A DNA stretch of 64,000 nt from a virus (Duplodnaviria; Caudoviricetes): IMG/VR virus record IMGVR_UViG_3300021426_000001, one strand, 5' to 3'. A model generated the notes under the pieces. It was not told the origin of the DNA. It did no database searches and saw only the letters and a program-made list of their open reading frames with translations. The translations under genes were made by a program, and so were the position numbers. Each line of letters opens with the position of its first letter. Within the stretch, counting starts at the first letter, position 1. Of the stretch, positions 63,965 to 64,000 are shown piece by piece.

Positions 63965-64000
63965 ACCAGTTCATTTCCTTTCCACTTCAGAACCGGAGTG

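Noticed and set aside
1-64000. Stop-codon recoding
   Set aside because: Conserved enzymes are full-length in code 11, and TAG/TGA stops give tight gene junctions
1-64000. tRNA genes, integrase, transposase, introns or inteins
   Set aside because: No cloverleaf with D/T arms or mobile-element motifs recognised by eye; tRNAscan would confirm
1-64000. Apparent abundance of GATC/AGCT/TCGA/CTAG as a sign of modified DNA
   Set aside because: Not quantifiable without k-mer counts, and codon usage could explain it

Overview
This window is a segment of a large lytic dsDNA phage genome (T4-superfamily/jumbo-like organisation, standard genetic code). A prepilin closely matching Fibrobacter pilins suggests a Fibrobacter host. 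Most genes are short minus-strand hypotheticals, transcribed from about 22 copies of a sigma70-type promoter (TTTACA-N17-TATATT), many with the -35 box inside a stem-loop. A second gene set follows the T4 late-promoter octamer TATAAATA; it includes five unrelated proteins sharing one N-terminal leader (candidate capsid-targeting signal) and a glycan locus (Glf, cytidylyltransferase, HAD-kinase, three DUF4422 proteins) carrying an AT-rich cassette. Recognisable enzymes: CCA-adding enzyme (truncated at the left edge), two RNA ligases, DUF2828/vWA Ro-like protein, Nudix, NADAR, SLOG, SprT, ferritin-like, SPFH and an AEP-like protein. Main hunt results: a set of apparent catalytically dead mimics (two DUF262, stand-alone DUF3696, serine-less ACP domains, two major-capsid-protein fragments), three structured non-coding RNA candidates, and a 7x11-bp iteron-like array. 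All family assignments come from motif recognition by eye, not database searches.
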